From Cyanidioschyzon merolae (Eukaryota), in assembly GCA_000091205.1 (NCBI GenBank), contig AP006502.2: DNA of 64,000 nt; one strand, given 5' to 3'. Below, in pieces: positions 1-10,318 of this stretch (within the stretch, counting starts at the first letter, position 1; the number at the start of each line of letters is the position of its first letter). The notes beneath the pieces were generated by a model. The model worked only from the letters and a program-made list of their open reading frames with translations. It did not search any database and was not told where the DNA came from. The position numbers were made by a program, and so were the translations under genes.

Positions 1-1937
1 TTATAAGTGCGCTCCACGACATACCGCTCTACGTTGACCGAGAGAAGGGTATTTTAAATATGGTCGTTGAAATACCCCGCTGGACGAATGCCAAGTTTGA
101 GCTGCGGACGCGACTTCCCTTGGCGCCTATCATGCAAGACGAGAAGAAGGGAAAGTTACGGTTTGTGCAGAACGTCTACCCATACAAAGGGTATATCTGG
201 AACTATGGATGCTTTCCGCAGACATGGGAGGATCCAGAGCAAGTCCATATGGAGACGGGTGCCCTTGGTGATGGCGACCCGCTCGATGTCTGTGAGATCG
301 GCCAGCATATCGCACAGATCGGTTCGATCAAGCAGGTGAAGGTGCTCGGCGTGCTGGGTATGATCGACGAGGGAGAAATGGATTGGAAAGTTCTGGTGAT
401 GGATGTGCGAGACCCCAACGCCGACAACTTGAATGATGTTGACGATTTGTATCGCACAATTCCTGGTTTGGTGCACGCTACGTTTTCCTGGTTCCGCACA
501 TACAAGGTGCCCGATGGCAAGGAGGAGAATAAGTTTGCTTTTCGCGAACGCGTACAGAGCCGCCAATACGCCCTTGAAATTGTCGAGGAGTGCCACAGAA
601 GCTGGCAGCGACTTGTGTACGGAAAGGTGAAACACAGCAACCACCACTGTTCGAATACAACGCTGACTGATACACCACTCTACATGCCACCTGAAGAGGC
701 AGCGTCCGTGGTCGAGCAGGTTCGCACGGAACTGAGCGCAACCACCGAGAACACCGGGGATGCGGGAATGAAACATGGTGCTCTTGCGACACGATCTCTG
801 CGACCACTTCATCGTGAGGCCTCGATCAGTCAGCTGGAAAAATTCCACATGCCTGATTTCGCCCAGGAACTCACCAACGAATTCAATCAGCACGAGCGGT
901 CTCTCTTCCAGGCGCCTTCGGAGACGATCAAGCACTTTCTGACGGAGCAACAGCGACAATATCCACACGGTAGTTCAGAGCTCTCGCTCCTCATCACCGA
1001 ATATGGAACAGCAGCGAAGATCATCGCCTCGAACATCCGCGATCAACCGGAGGCACCATTTGAGTACATGCGACAAAACGCCGATCGACAGCTGCATACC
1101 GCGCTGGCGACTTCAGGCTTCTGTTGCATGATCTATTCAGCGCAAACCGGGCAAATGATGCCCTTGGACCTGGACGCTGGCATTGGCAACTATGTCGTGG
1201 TCTACACTGCACTCGTTGGTGAAGTCGGCGGCACGCTGGGCAGCCTTTTTTCAGTTTATTATCGCAAATCTTACTCGGGTCGCGAGGGAGATACTGCTGA
1301 TCTGTTGCAGCGAATTGGATACGAGCAGGTAGCAGCTGGGTATGCACTGTACTCTTCGTCTGTGCATCTGGTGATTAGCACAGGTCTTGGCGCGCATATC
1401 TTCTTTCTGGATGATATCAGCGGGCACTTTGTACTGCGACAGAAGTTTGTGCAGATTCCACCCCGAGGTCGTGTCTATTCAGTAGACATATCGAGTTTAC
1501 CAAAAGCGATTGAGGGCGTGCGCCGCTATCTCGCCCAGCTGGAGTCCTCGAATGCGTCCCGTGAAACGAAACATACAGCGCTGATGGACGGACCAGCACC
1601 TGGCAAAATCTTTCGTTACGAACACAATGTGGTGGGCAATTTTCACCGGATTCTGCGGCACGGTGGTATCTTGCTGATGCCGGGACCACGGACCAACGCT
1701 TTGGCAGACTTTTTGGGTGTTGCGGCGCCGCTTGCGTTCTTGGCGCGTCAAGCAGGCGGCAAAGCGAGTGTGGGTAAGCGCCCAGTCTTGGAGCTGAGTG
1801 CCTGGACCCTGGATATGCGCGTTCCGCTCTTCATTGGCAGTATGAGCGATGTGAGTGATCTGGAGGTGTGCATTCTCGGACATCCGGTTCCGGAACGCTC
1901 CATCGTTACCGCTTCAGAGACTGTCTCATATACGTGA
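1..1937 (+). CDS. Family-I soluble inorganic pyrophosphatase domain fused to a C-terminal FBPase-fold domain with a degenerate active site. 5'-partial: the frame is open to the window edge.
   Basis: Translating the frame upstream of the listed ATG(60) gives ...SALHDIPLYVDREKGILNMVVEIPRWTNAKFE..., which matches the PPase core HDIPLY / VVEIPRWTNAK. Other PPase motifs present are DGDPLDVCEIG, DEGEMDWKVLVMD and YKVPDGKEENKFAF. The C-terminal half aligns with fructose-1,6-bisphosphatase: TEQQRQYPHGSSELSLLITEYGTAAKIIASNIR, AAGYALYSSSVHLVISTGLGAHIFFLD, GGILLMPG and FLARQAGGKAS. The metal-binding DPLDGSSNID motif is replaced by TALVGEVGGTL, and SEE by SAQ. Confidence 0.8.
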   Translation, partial: ISALHDIPLYVDREKGILNMVVEIPRWTNAKFELRTRLPLAPIMQDEKKGKLRFVQNVYPYKGYIWNYGCFPQTWEDPEQVHMETGALGDGDPLDVCEIGQHIAQIGSIKQVKVLGVLGMIDEGEMDWKVLVMDVRDPNADNLNDVDDLYRTIPGLVHATFSWFRTYKVPDGKEENKFAFRERVQSRQYALEIVEECHRSWQRLVYGKVKHSNHHCSNTTLTDTPLYMPPEEAASVVEQVRTELSATTENTGDAGMKHGALATRSLRPLHREASISQLEKFHMPDFAQELTNEFNQHERSLFQAPSETIKHFLTEQQRQYPHGSSELSLLITEYGTAAKIIASNIRDQPEAPFEYMRQNADRQLHTALATSGFCCMIYSAQTGQMMPLDLDAGIGNYVVVYTALVGEVGGTLGSLFSVYYRKSYSGREGDTADLLQRIGYEQVAAGYALYSSSVHLVISTGLGAHIFFLDDISGHFVLRQKFVQIPPRGRVYSVDISSLPKAIEGVRRYLAQLESSNASRETKHTALMDGPAPGKIFRYEHNVVGNFHRILRHGGILLMPGPRTNALADFLGVAAPLAFLARQAGGKASVGKRPVLELSAWTLDMRVPLFIGSMSDVSDLEVCILGHPVPERSIVTASETVSYT

Positions 1938-2380
1938 AGCGTCGTAAACGAACTTTGCATCCAAGCAACGCGTGCGCACATCATGATCGATTCGGTATAG
2001 GAGCGTGAGAGAAACCACAAAACACTTTTGGACGGCAGCGCGTGTGGACGAGTCTTGTCAGCGCTTATCCAATGGTTCAGTGGATTCATCTGTGGAAGCA
2101 CACGATCCAGAAACGATTCGCCGCGGCGAAGTGCTCGCTGACCTCGCATTTGACAAAGCAATTTCGTCTTTTCTTTGAATCCAATACGCAATGTTTACGA
2201 GCCGTGCAATGATCCGAATGGCAACACCAACGGCGCCTCGGCGGTAGACGCAGTTGGCAGAGATCTCGTCACGAATGCGTCGCTGCACGCTCGTAGCCCG
2301 GGATATCGTGGCACTTGTCGTTGTCTCTCGAGGTGCCCGGAGATCGAAAGTGTCCACCATGACGAAACACTGGGTTGCAT

Positions 2381-5300
2381 TCACGATGTACCCGCTCCAT
2401 CGCGACCGCTGTCATCAGCGATACCTCCGGTCACATCGTCATCATCGTCAAGAGTCAGGTTGCCGAGGTCTACCTCGCGCGCCATGCTTGCCCGAGCTAT
2501 TTGCGCATAGATGCCATGAGCGCGCTCCATGAGTACGTAATGGGGTCCTTGCTCGACGACGTGTCCACTTTCGATGACACTAATCATGTCGGCAAAGTAG
2601 AGACTCTCGACGAGGTCGGCACGCAGCACGAAAACGACAGTGCGACCCGTGCAGATCGCTTTCAGGTCCAGTGCGACACCGTTCACCGTCATATCGAGCA
2701 ACGCCGCGTAACTCTCCGAGTCCAACAGAAGCATACTCGGATTACGGAGAAGGACGCGTGCAATGCCCAGCGCCTGCAACTGCGACGACGTGAAAAGCGC
2801 CTGTGCCGTTCTCGCTGATGGAACCATGGTCTGGTATCCGTTCGCAAGACGTAGAATCACCTCATGCATACCGACTAACGAGGCCGCACGGCGTACTTCC
2901 GCAAAGCATGTCCCAGTAGCACCAAAAGCGATGTTCTCGAAAACAGTCAGGCCGGCAATGAGACGGCTACCACGCCAGGGCACCAAGCCTATGGCAGCCG
3001 TCAGGGCCGCAGATGTGTAATCCTGCATCGGGTGCTCGCCAAGCATGATCCTGCCGCTGTCGGGGCGGCGCTTACCCGAAAGTAGCTCCAAAAGCAGTCG
3101 CTCCTCGCGTCGTTTCCGTAGAATGATACAATGGATCTGGTGATGTTCGATGGTGAGGTTCAGACTATGAAACACGTACTGCGCATAACGGCTGCCGATA
3201 CCATGCCGCGGGACCTTAGGATCGAGCGTATATGACTCCGCAAAAGAGCCGAACGGGGTTCCTGGGGACTGTGCGGAGGCGGGTGCGCTCCCGCTACGGC
3301 CACTGGTGGTTGACGAGACGCCGCGATCCTCTTCAAGAGGCGATGCGGTGGATGAGGCTTTCGATGCCCAGTCCTCAGGATCGTCCTTGACCGAGACATT
3401 ATCGAAAACAACGCGTACGCAGCGGTCGTCGACGCGCAAAACAGTTCCCAATCCTGCCTGACTAGCATCAACGATATCGAGCACGAAATCCAGGTACGCA
3501 TAGAGGTTCTGGCGTGCGTGCGAGTAACGCACCAGATTCTCCGTCATTCGAAGCAAGCTGATAATAAGCATGATGGCGAACAGAATGGCGGTTACTAGAC
3601 GGCCGCTTGAGCGATGCTTCGTTCTGGCAAGATGCCCGCCAATATAAATACCCAATACCGCGAAAATAGCGAGCACGAGGCCAAACGTCAGACCGCGTAG
3701 CAAGGACTGCAAGAGGTTCAGCCGCGCATCATGTTCACGTTCCACATCCGTAAACTCGTAAAGCCGTTGGAACTCCTTCTGGAACTGTTCTAGATAGACG
3801 ACGTTCGGCAGCGCAGCTCGGGACAGTTGCAGAAACTCACGAGCTTTCCGTGCTGCTTCTTCGTACCGCTGCTGGGCCCTGCGTGTAACGAACAGCTGGA
3901 GCATGCCCAGACCAGCAAGAATGGGCGTCGTGCCCAGAAGCACCAAAGTCAGAAACCAACTTTCAATGATACCGAAAATAAAGCTGCTGATAGCCTGCGC
4001 TGCGTACAAAGCGACACTCGACAGGTGCTCCACAGCGTCCAATACAAGTAGCTCCATTCGATCCAGTGTGTTCTGTTCGAAGAGCCAGCGATCGAGTCGA
4101 TCCGTGCCGACACCCGTTGTCAAAAGAAGCGCAGCAAACGACCAGAGACGGAGTCGGTAACGGACACGGCGACCAATCGTACCAAGCGAGCGACTCTGCC
4201 AGAGAACTACAAACGCAGCGGCACCGCTGATCACCCCGAATCCGATAAGGTAGCGATGAATGCTCGACACTGGGTTTCCAGCGATCACACCGTAAAAGAT
4301 CTGTGCCCAGTAATTCACGACGTGCCCGAAAAGGAACAGATACGCGGGAAAAATAACGCCAGATGCAAGGGCTGCCAACAACCCACCGACTGTCAACAGA
4401 GGTGCATTGAGGAGCCACTGACGCGGTGATAAGAGGTTCGCGATACTCTTCAGTTCTGCTAGATTGCGCTCAACGGTGTCCGAATCCACGGAGCACGCAC
4501 AGAGCGAAAATCCACAACACTGGAAGAGACCGCATCGGCGATTCCAGAGGGGTGGCAACGCTGCACTCATCGCAGGTTCGTCGGCAGAATCTCCATTCGC
4601 ATCATGCTGAGGTAAAGACTCTTCTGCACACTGTTTGGTGGCAGTCGAACTGGAACCAAGCGCCTTCTTCATCGATTCCGCCAGGGTGCGCGCGTACAGC
4701 GAGCCATCCGGGTAGATCCCGTAGACAAGCATCGCATAATAATCCATAAAAAATTCGCCGTGATCCGGCGAACTTCGCAACTTCTTGTTGAACACGTGTC
4801 TGAGGGCCTTGAACTTACCAAAGCCCCGCATGGAATCACCAGCTGGAAGCGACGTGGAAGCTTGCGCATCGCCTGGATATCGGCCAGCGGGCCCTGCAGA
4901 GCCAAAAGACGGCGATGTTTTGGGAAAGGCAGCCTGCATCCCCTGACGTGCTGCAGCTAACTGTTTCCCCGATGGATGTGGACCCTGCGCAGGTTGCGCC
5001 CCCGCAATATCGTCAACTGTAATCGCCACTGCGTCTTGGTCAACCAAACTCCGATTCATGGCGGCTTGAAAGGTCCCGTGTACAGCGTCGCTCGCTGTGG
5101 CAGGCGGCGTACTCTTGTTGAGATACTTGCGTGGAACGTAGGTTGGCGGCTCGTCTTCAGACGATGCGGAAGACAACGCCGAAGACGAGAGGTGTCCCGC
5201 CGAGCCTGTGTCCCCTGTATGAGCACCTGCGACAACGTTGTTTGCGGAAATAAGGCCAGTTCGAGGCGCGCTTTCAGACTGCGCACTGCCGCCGTCTGCA

Positions 5301-5704
5301 GCTGCTGCCGCCGAAGCTGTGCCTGCGACAACGTGTCTCTCGTCCGTACCACTCTGAGCTGCTGAAGAGCCACTGCTCTCAACTATGCTGAGTGCATTCT
5401 CGACAGCACGACCTTGAACAACACCAGCGGGTTCCATAGGGTTTCCGTGGGTCTCGAGATTAGCAGCTGCGCCGCTTCGTGAGCTCCCAGTCGACCGGGT
5501 GCTCCCAGCTGCGTTTGGCCTAGTAATATCCTCCCGTCGCTCCCCTGGACCATTACGGTTCGCATCCATAAAGTATCCAGTTCCCTTGTACGGATTTCCC
5601 GTGACCTCCACTGGACAATAGCACAAGGGGAACCCAACAGAGCGTTGCGTTTGTTCGCAACCTGGTGCTGCGGCGAAGAAACCGCGAGTACGAATCTTCT
5701 TCAT
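2381..5704 (-). CDS. ABC half-transporter-like protein: a low-complexity N-terminal region, a 6-TM ABCB-type transmembrane domain and a C-terminal nucleotide-binding domain with a degenerate Walker A. The true start is uncertain.
   Basis: 1107-aa ORF. TM helices are visible (e.g. GVIFPAYLFLFGHVVNYWAQIFYGV, LVLAIFAVLGIYIGG). The C-terminal NBD remnants are a signature-like FTSSQLQALGIARVLL, a Walker B LLLDSES and an H-loop-like HVVEQGPH. The Walker A position reads ILRKRREERLLLELLSGKRRPDSGRIMLGE, so there is no GxxGxGKS/T motif. Confidence 0.6.
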   Translation of the reverse strand: MKKIRTRGFFAAAPGCEQTQRSVGFPLCYCPVEVTGNPYKGTGYFMDANRNGPGERREDITRPNAAGSTRSTGSSRSGAAANLETHGNPMEPAGVVQGRAVENALSIVESSGSSAAQSGTDERHVVAGTASAAAAADGGSAQSESAPRTGLISANNVVAGAHTGDTGSAGHLSSSALSSASSEDEPPTYVPRKYLNKSTPPATASDAVHGTFQAAMNRSLVDQDAVAITVDDIAGAQPAQGPHPSGKQLAAARQGMQAAFPKTSPSFGSAGPAGRYPGDAQASTSLPAGDSMRGFGKFKALRHVFNKKLRSSPDHGEFFMDYYAMLVYGIYPDGSLYARTLAESMKKALGSSSTATKQCAEESLPQHDANGDSADEPAMSAALPPLWNRRCGLFQCCGFSLCACSVDSDTVERNLAELKSIANLLSPRQWLLNAPLLTVGGLLAALASGVIFPAYLFLFGHVVNYWAQIFYGVIAGNPVSSIHRYLIGFGVISGAAAFVVLWQSRSLGTIGRRVRYRLRLWSFAALLLTTGVGTDRLDRWLFEQNTLDRMELLVLDAVEHLSSVALYAAQAISSFIFGIIESWFLTLVLLGTTPILAGLGMLQLFVTRRAQQRYEEAARKAREFLQLSRAALPNVVYLEQFQKEFQRLYEFTDVEREHDARLNLLQSLLRGLTFGLVLAIFAVLGIYIGGHLARTKHRSSGRLVTAILFAIMLIISLLRMTENLVRYSHARQNLYAYLDFVLDIVDASQAGLGTVLRVDDRCVRVVFDNVSVKDDPEDWASKASSTASPLEEDRGVSSTTSGRSGSAPASAQSPGTPFGSFAESYTLDPKVPRHGIGSRYAQYVFHSLNLTIEHHQIHCIILRKRREERLLLELLSGKRRPDSGRIMLGEHPMQDYTSAALTAAIGLVPWRGSRLIAGLTVFENIAFGATGTCFAEVRRAASLVGMHEVILRLANGYQTMVPSARTAQALFTSSQLQALGIARVLLRNPSMLLLDSESYAALLDMTVNGVALDLKAICTGRTVVFVLRADLVESLYFADMISVIESGHVVEQGPHYVLMERAHGIYAQIARASMAREVDLGNLTLDDDDDVTGGIADDSGRDGAGTS

Positions 5705-5770
5705 GGCGGTGATGTGGCGGCACTGGGCGCCTGCGGGCCATCGCGTAGCCTATGCATCTGTCGAGCGCCA

Positions 5771-6527
5771 CGTCAACGGATCTCAAGATCGACGCTGATG
5801 CGCTGATACATATCGGAATTTGGACACGTGTGCTTCGCGGACCTCGTGTGTGCCTGCGTGCAACGTACATGAATCGGTACATTTCAGTTCGCAAGATCGA
5901 CGCTGATGCGCTGATACATATCGGAATATGGACACGTGTGCTTCGCGGACCTCGTGTGTGCCTGCGTGCAACGTACATGAATCGGTACATTTCAGTTCGC
6001 AAGATTGACGCTGATGCGCTGATACATATCGGAATATGGACACGTGTGCTTCGCGGACCTCGTGTGTGCCTGCGTGCAACGTACATGAATCGGTACATTT
6101 CAGTTCGCGAGATCGACGCTGATGCGCTGATACATATCGGAATATGGACACGTGTGCTTCGCGGACCTCGTGTGTGCCTGCGTGCAACGTACATGAATCG
6201 GTACATTTCAGTTCGCAAGATCGACGCTGATGCGCTGATACATATCGGAATATGGACACGTGTGCTTCGCGGACCTCGTGTGTGCCTGCGTGCAACGTAC
6301 ATGAATCGGTACATTTCAGTTCGCAAGATCGACGCTGATGCGCTGATACAAATCGGAATATGGACACGTGTGCTTCGCGGACCTCGTGTGTGCCTGCGTG
6401 CAACGTACATGAATCGGTACATTTCAGTTCGCGAGATCGACGCTGATGCGCTGATACATATCGGAATATGGACACGTGTGCTTCGCGGACCTCGTGTGTG
6501 CCTGCGTGCAACGTACATGAATCGGTA
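5771..6527. repeat. Tandem satellite, 108-bp unit, about 7 copies, near-identical.
   Basis: The unit ...aagatcgacgctgatgcgctgatacatatcggaatatggacacgtgtgcttcgcggacctcgtgtgtgcctgcgtgcaacgtacatgaatcggtacatttcagttcgc recurs at 5785, 5893, 6001, 6109, 6217, 6325 and 6433. Copies differ at only a few positions (caagatc/cgagatc, cataTcgg/caaAtcgg). The period is a multiple of 3, so it produces long artefactual ORFs in three frames. Confidence 0.9.
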
Positions 6528-8092
6528 ACGTTGCGTGATCCGATTGGAAACCTAAACTCGTTTCAGACCGGAAGCAGAACCGTTCGGGATGGAACAGCGT
6601 CAAAGTGTATTCTTCCATACCGCGGTTTTTATTTTTTTGAAATTGTATGCGTTCAGGAGAAATGATTCACGCAAAACGTTGTCATTTTGGGTGTCTCGTT
6701 CGATGCTGTCAAAAATAATACTTGAGGTCTTTACGTTCCAGAACATTGCCTGCAATTGCAATGCCATTAGGCGGTGTTTGGCGATATGGTTTGAACGCGG
6801 GCTTCCGTGCGCCCGCTGAAATCCCTAGGGCTTTGCTCGGGTCTTGCGCAGAGTGCTTGACAGCCAGCAAGTGGCATTGGATCACGCTGGGCTGTAGCCA
6901 GGGCGTTGGGTATACTCGAATCGAGGCACTTGTCTGTGGAGCAATGGATGATGTACGTTCTACGAAGCGTGAATAGATAGGGCGTCGTCCGCTGTTTCTG
7001 CTGGGGGATTCGTCCATTACCAAACAACAGCTAGAGGCTTGCCATGAAAACTCGCCCTTTGAATAGGGATTTGCGGCGCATCTAGATACCTCCTGTGCCA
7101 GTGTCGCTTCATGGTATCGCCTAGCATTCGATCAAGCCCTCCGTTACTCCAGCAATTGAAGCCCTCGAGAGGAGCAACGGTGAAACAGATGCAAAGTAAA
7201 GTATGCATCCATGCTACGCAGCGGATCCTGGTAGAATCACTGCATACAGGGGATTCGTACAGGAGAAGGACCGTTTTCGCATTAGTCCAATGATATAGAA
7301 CAGGCCAGTCTTCAAGACGAGCATCTTAACCATCCTCGGTTGCGTTATCCGAGCGGAATAATTGCCTTCTACACAATCACTCATGACTGGGTCTGTGTTC
7401 ACAGCACCTGCATGAATCGGGGTATAACCAATGAAGGAGATTCCCCACGATAGCGCACGACGCCGCGTTCGTGCCAGTACCACCATGCCATGAACACATG
7501 CTGATTACGCCATTTGCATCGCCAACTTCTCGTCGACAATAGAAACGCACGAGACTCGATGCACTTGTCCGCAATGCGGGCGACATCGCGTGCCTCAGAG
7601 ATCCGTTTGCGATTGGCCGTTCAATATATATTTACAAAGATCCAGGCCGACTGTGTGGCGTGCAGACGGAGACAACAAAGCCACCGTGGATCGTCATCAG
7701 CCTACAATGCCACAGATTCGTGCACGATCCACCGTTTAATAAAAACGGAGATCGTCGACGTCTCGCAGCAAGCGCATGCGTTCGAGTTTTGCATGCAATC
7801 GTCAACGTCAATCTTCATGCAAGAGAAACTATTCGTCCGAATCACTGAGCAGAAGCTAATTGCCAGCGAATTCCATCCGTCACACGAGAGAGAGAACATC
7901 CGCATATGCTGTAGTACATTTTGCGTGAACGGAATCAAGGAACATCTGTTATTTCCAGTGGTTTGCAGCTTCGATGCGACGGCGACGACGACGACGACCA
8001 CAACATCGCCTAGCACGACCCACCCATGCGTTCGAATCGTCCAAGCGAGGCCATTCGCCAGCATCCGAATCCTATGCTGCGCTTGTTTCCCG

Positions 8093-9304
8093 TCAGACAC
8101 CAACAATCACTGGGACATGGTCGCCGCCCTGTTCAAGCACCACAGAGCGCGCTCGATGATACGCTTCTCCGTCGAGAGATACAAGTTGCGGTGGATCAAG
8201 CTTGATGCGTATCCACGAGCACTTGAAATATCGGCACGATTGATCGTGGATGTGCTGTCCTGACTCCAACTGGAACATGAACTGGGCCAGTCGGAGCCTT
8301 GATACACCGGCAGGCACCAACAGCACATCCATGCAGGCGTCGTGCGCGTTCGCCAACGGAGCGAACTGTGCCTGTGGCGAAGCGTGGGTAACGTTCATAA
8401 TCACAATGAGCACATACTCGCGTTGTGCAATTGTTTCCGTGAGTTCATCTGCAGTTCGCCATCCCATTTCGGATTGCGAATCACGAATCACGTGGCGATA
8501 CTCAATCGCAGCAGAGAAGACGCGCTTACGAAGAATATACCAGCCAGCTCCGATGTTGAAACGAATCTGTCCCAGGCAGCGCATCCGCTCCGTTCGGATG
8601 TCAAGGTCCGCCACCAAACCTATCGTCAGCGAAAGGAACGCATACCCATTGGAACGACCGTTCAAAGACGATCGCGAAGTCATACGTGACGACTCTGTGG
8701 AAACAGAGTCCGCCTCATCAGCCTCTTCACCGGAGTTGGAACGAGTTAGGAGCGGAGTGTTCTCGGAAGAGACAGCCTTTGGACGCCTCCTGAACCGCAG
8801 ACAACCACAACAACGGCGCTCTCGATAAGACTCCGTTTCTTTCGCCCAGGATTTCGCAGAAACATCCGTAATCTCGTAGTGAAAGGCGTCTAGGCGCTCG
8901 CAAACCCCACAGAGCTCGCCACGTGACGTGCACTGGTGCAAGAGCGTCCCTATACGCCGGGCGGCCTCCAAAGCATCAACGACACCGAACGAAGCGGCGA
9001 GTCCGTTTCCCGTGCCCAGCGGAATGATACCCAAAGGTACTTCTGTTCCATACAAAACGTTTGCGACCTGGTGGAAAGTACCGTCACCACCGACACAGAG
9101 GACTGCCAGGGGCTCGCTCGGCGCAAACACGGCAGCTCGGGTTGGCAGGTCATCAGGAAACTGGGTCCAGAACTCCTCTATTTCTAGAGAAGGCTCGGCT
9201 GCAAGTAAAGTACGCTTGACCTCCTCCCAACGGCGTTTGACAGCTTGAAAATTCTTGCCCCCGCTCCTGCTGTTAATTACGACAAACAGGCGTTTCGTTA
9301 CCAT
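8093..9304 (-). CDS. DAGK-catalytic-domain lipid kinase, sphingosine/LCB-kinase-like.
   Basis: The start is MVTKRLFVVINSRSGGKNFQA. It has LCVGGDGTFHQVANVL, a glycine-rich GIIPLGTGNGLAASFG and a C-terminal ...LVSLDGEAY. These are typical of the DAGK_cat / sphingosine-kinase C1-C5 blocks. Confidence 0.7.
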   Translation of the reverse strand: MVTKRLFVVINSRSGGKNFQAVKRRWEEVKRTLLAAEPSLEIEEFWTQFPDDLPTRAAVFAPSEPLAVLCVGGDGTFHQVANVLYGTEVPLGIIPLGTGNGLAASFGVVDALEAARRIGTLLHQCTSRGELCGVCERLDAFHYEITDVSAKSWAKETESYRERRCCGCLRFRRRPKAVSSENTPLLTRSNSGEEADEADSVSTESSRMTSRSSLNGRSNGYAFLSLTIGLVADLDIRTERMRCLGQIRFNIGAGWYILRKRVFSAAIEYRHVIRDSQSEMGWRTADELTETIAQREYVLIVIMNVTHASPQAQFAPLANAHDACMDVLLVPAGVSRLRLAQFMFQLESGQHIHDQSCRYFKCSWIRIKLDPPQLVSLDGEAYHRARSVVLEQGGDHVPVIVGV

Positions 9305-9739
9305 CGAAAAAGCAGACGGAGTTGCAATGACGGGCAGTGGTCAGTGCGAGTTTCGCGATTCCCGTACAGGAGCCAAATCAAAACGGTACACCAGAGTGCT
9401 CGCGCTGTTCCTGCCTTGAGCATTTTTTTCGAAGTTTTGTTTGATGTTCAGTCTCTATTCTTGAAGTGGAGTTATTGGTGAATGAAAGATTTATACTAGG
9501 GTCTAGGTTGGTCAACCGCTCGCTCGGAGTGAAACCTTCGACGTTTTGTTGCCTCTGAAATTTGTGACCTCATAGACGACACAATAAAGCGGAATTCAAT
9601 TGAATATGGGTTCGTAAAATATCCGGTATCATTATCTAGTTCATACCTACAAACCTCCACGGTTCTGCTCCAGAGTTGTGTGTCGCATGCTCAAATGGCA
9701 TATTCTTCAAGTTTTTCGAATACCCGCGTGCGTAGTTGT

Positions 9740-9945
9740 GTGTGTACGTTCATATGCGGTTGCCTATCAGTTTACGTGTGTGCACGCATGTGTACCCGCA
9801 TTTGTTCATGTGCATGGATGTATATCCATAAAGGCGTGTGAGCGTCTTTATTCTTATGTGCGTATGAGTGTCTTTATGTGCATGGGCGTACGCGGATGCG
9901 TGTTCATGTGCATGTGTGTGTGTGTGTGGACGCGCCACTGTCGCC
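9740..9945. repeat. Low-complexity GT-rich tract (cryptic GTGCAT/GTGTG repeats).
   Basis: tgtgtgtgtacg...acgtgtgtgcacgcatgtgtac...gtgcatggatg...gtgcatgtgtgtgtgtgtgtggacg. It lies in the 1-kb gap between the lipid-kinase start and the hslU-like stop. Confidence 0.6.
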
Positions 9946-10318
9946 TCCCGGAGCACTTCATACGAGAATAGGTGTTCTGCATGTCTGCGAGTCTCTCGTT
10001 TTGTCCTGAGCTATTCAGATAGCGAGCTTCGGACTCGAAAGGCGGGACATCCGGCGTTCAACATTGCCGGGAAGCCACCAATCGATGGTGATGGCGATGA
10101 CGATGATAAAGAAACCCCTTGAGGCCCATCACATTTTCAAGAGCTCCGCTGTAGCCTGCGCGTCTACGCCGTCCCTACGTGCAGGTTTTCGCAAACGTGG
10201 CAAAAGTGATGTGTCGACTCCTTCGTGAACAGAGGTTTGGATCGCTGCGCTTGTGATCACGATAATCGGGTCCGCATACCAGCTCGCAGAGTTACCACCG
10301 CTGCGCGACCTCGGTGCG

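Noticed and set aside
5553-6528. Three long overlapping ORFs (5553-6518 minus, 5752-6528 plus, 5783-6511 minus) with perfectly periodic protein sequence.
   Set aside because: They are produced by the 108-bp satellite, whose unit length is a multiple of 3 and lacks stops in these frames. Simultaneous openness in three frames points to an artefact rather than coding.
7514-8263. 249-aa plus ORF with a poly-Thr run (TTTTTTTSPSTT).
   Set aside because: The composition is low-complexity and driven by the (GAC)n microsatellite. It has no start context or motifs and overlaps a minus-strand ORF (7702-8106) of similar quality. Insufficient support as a gene.
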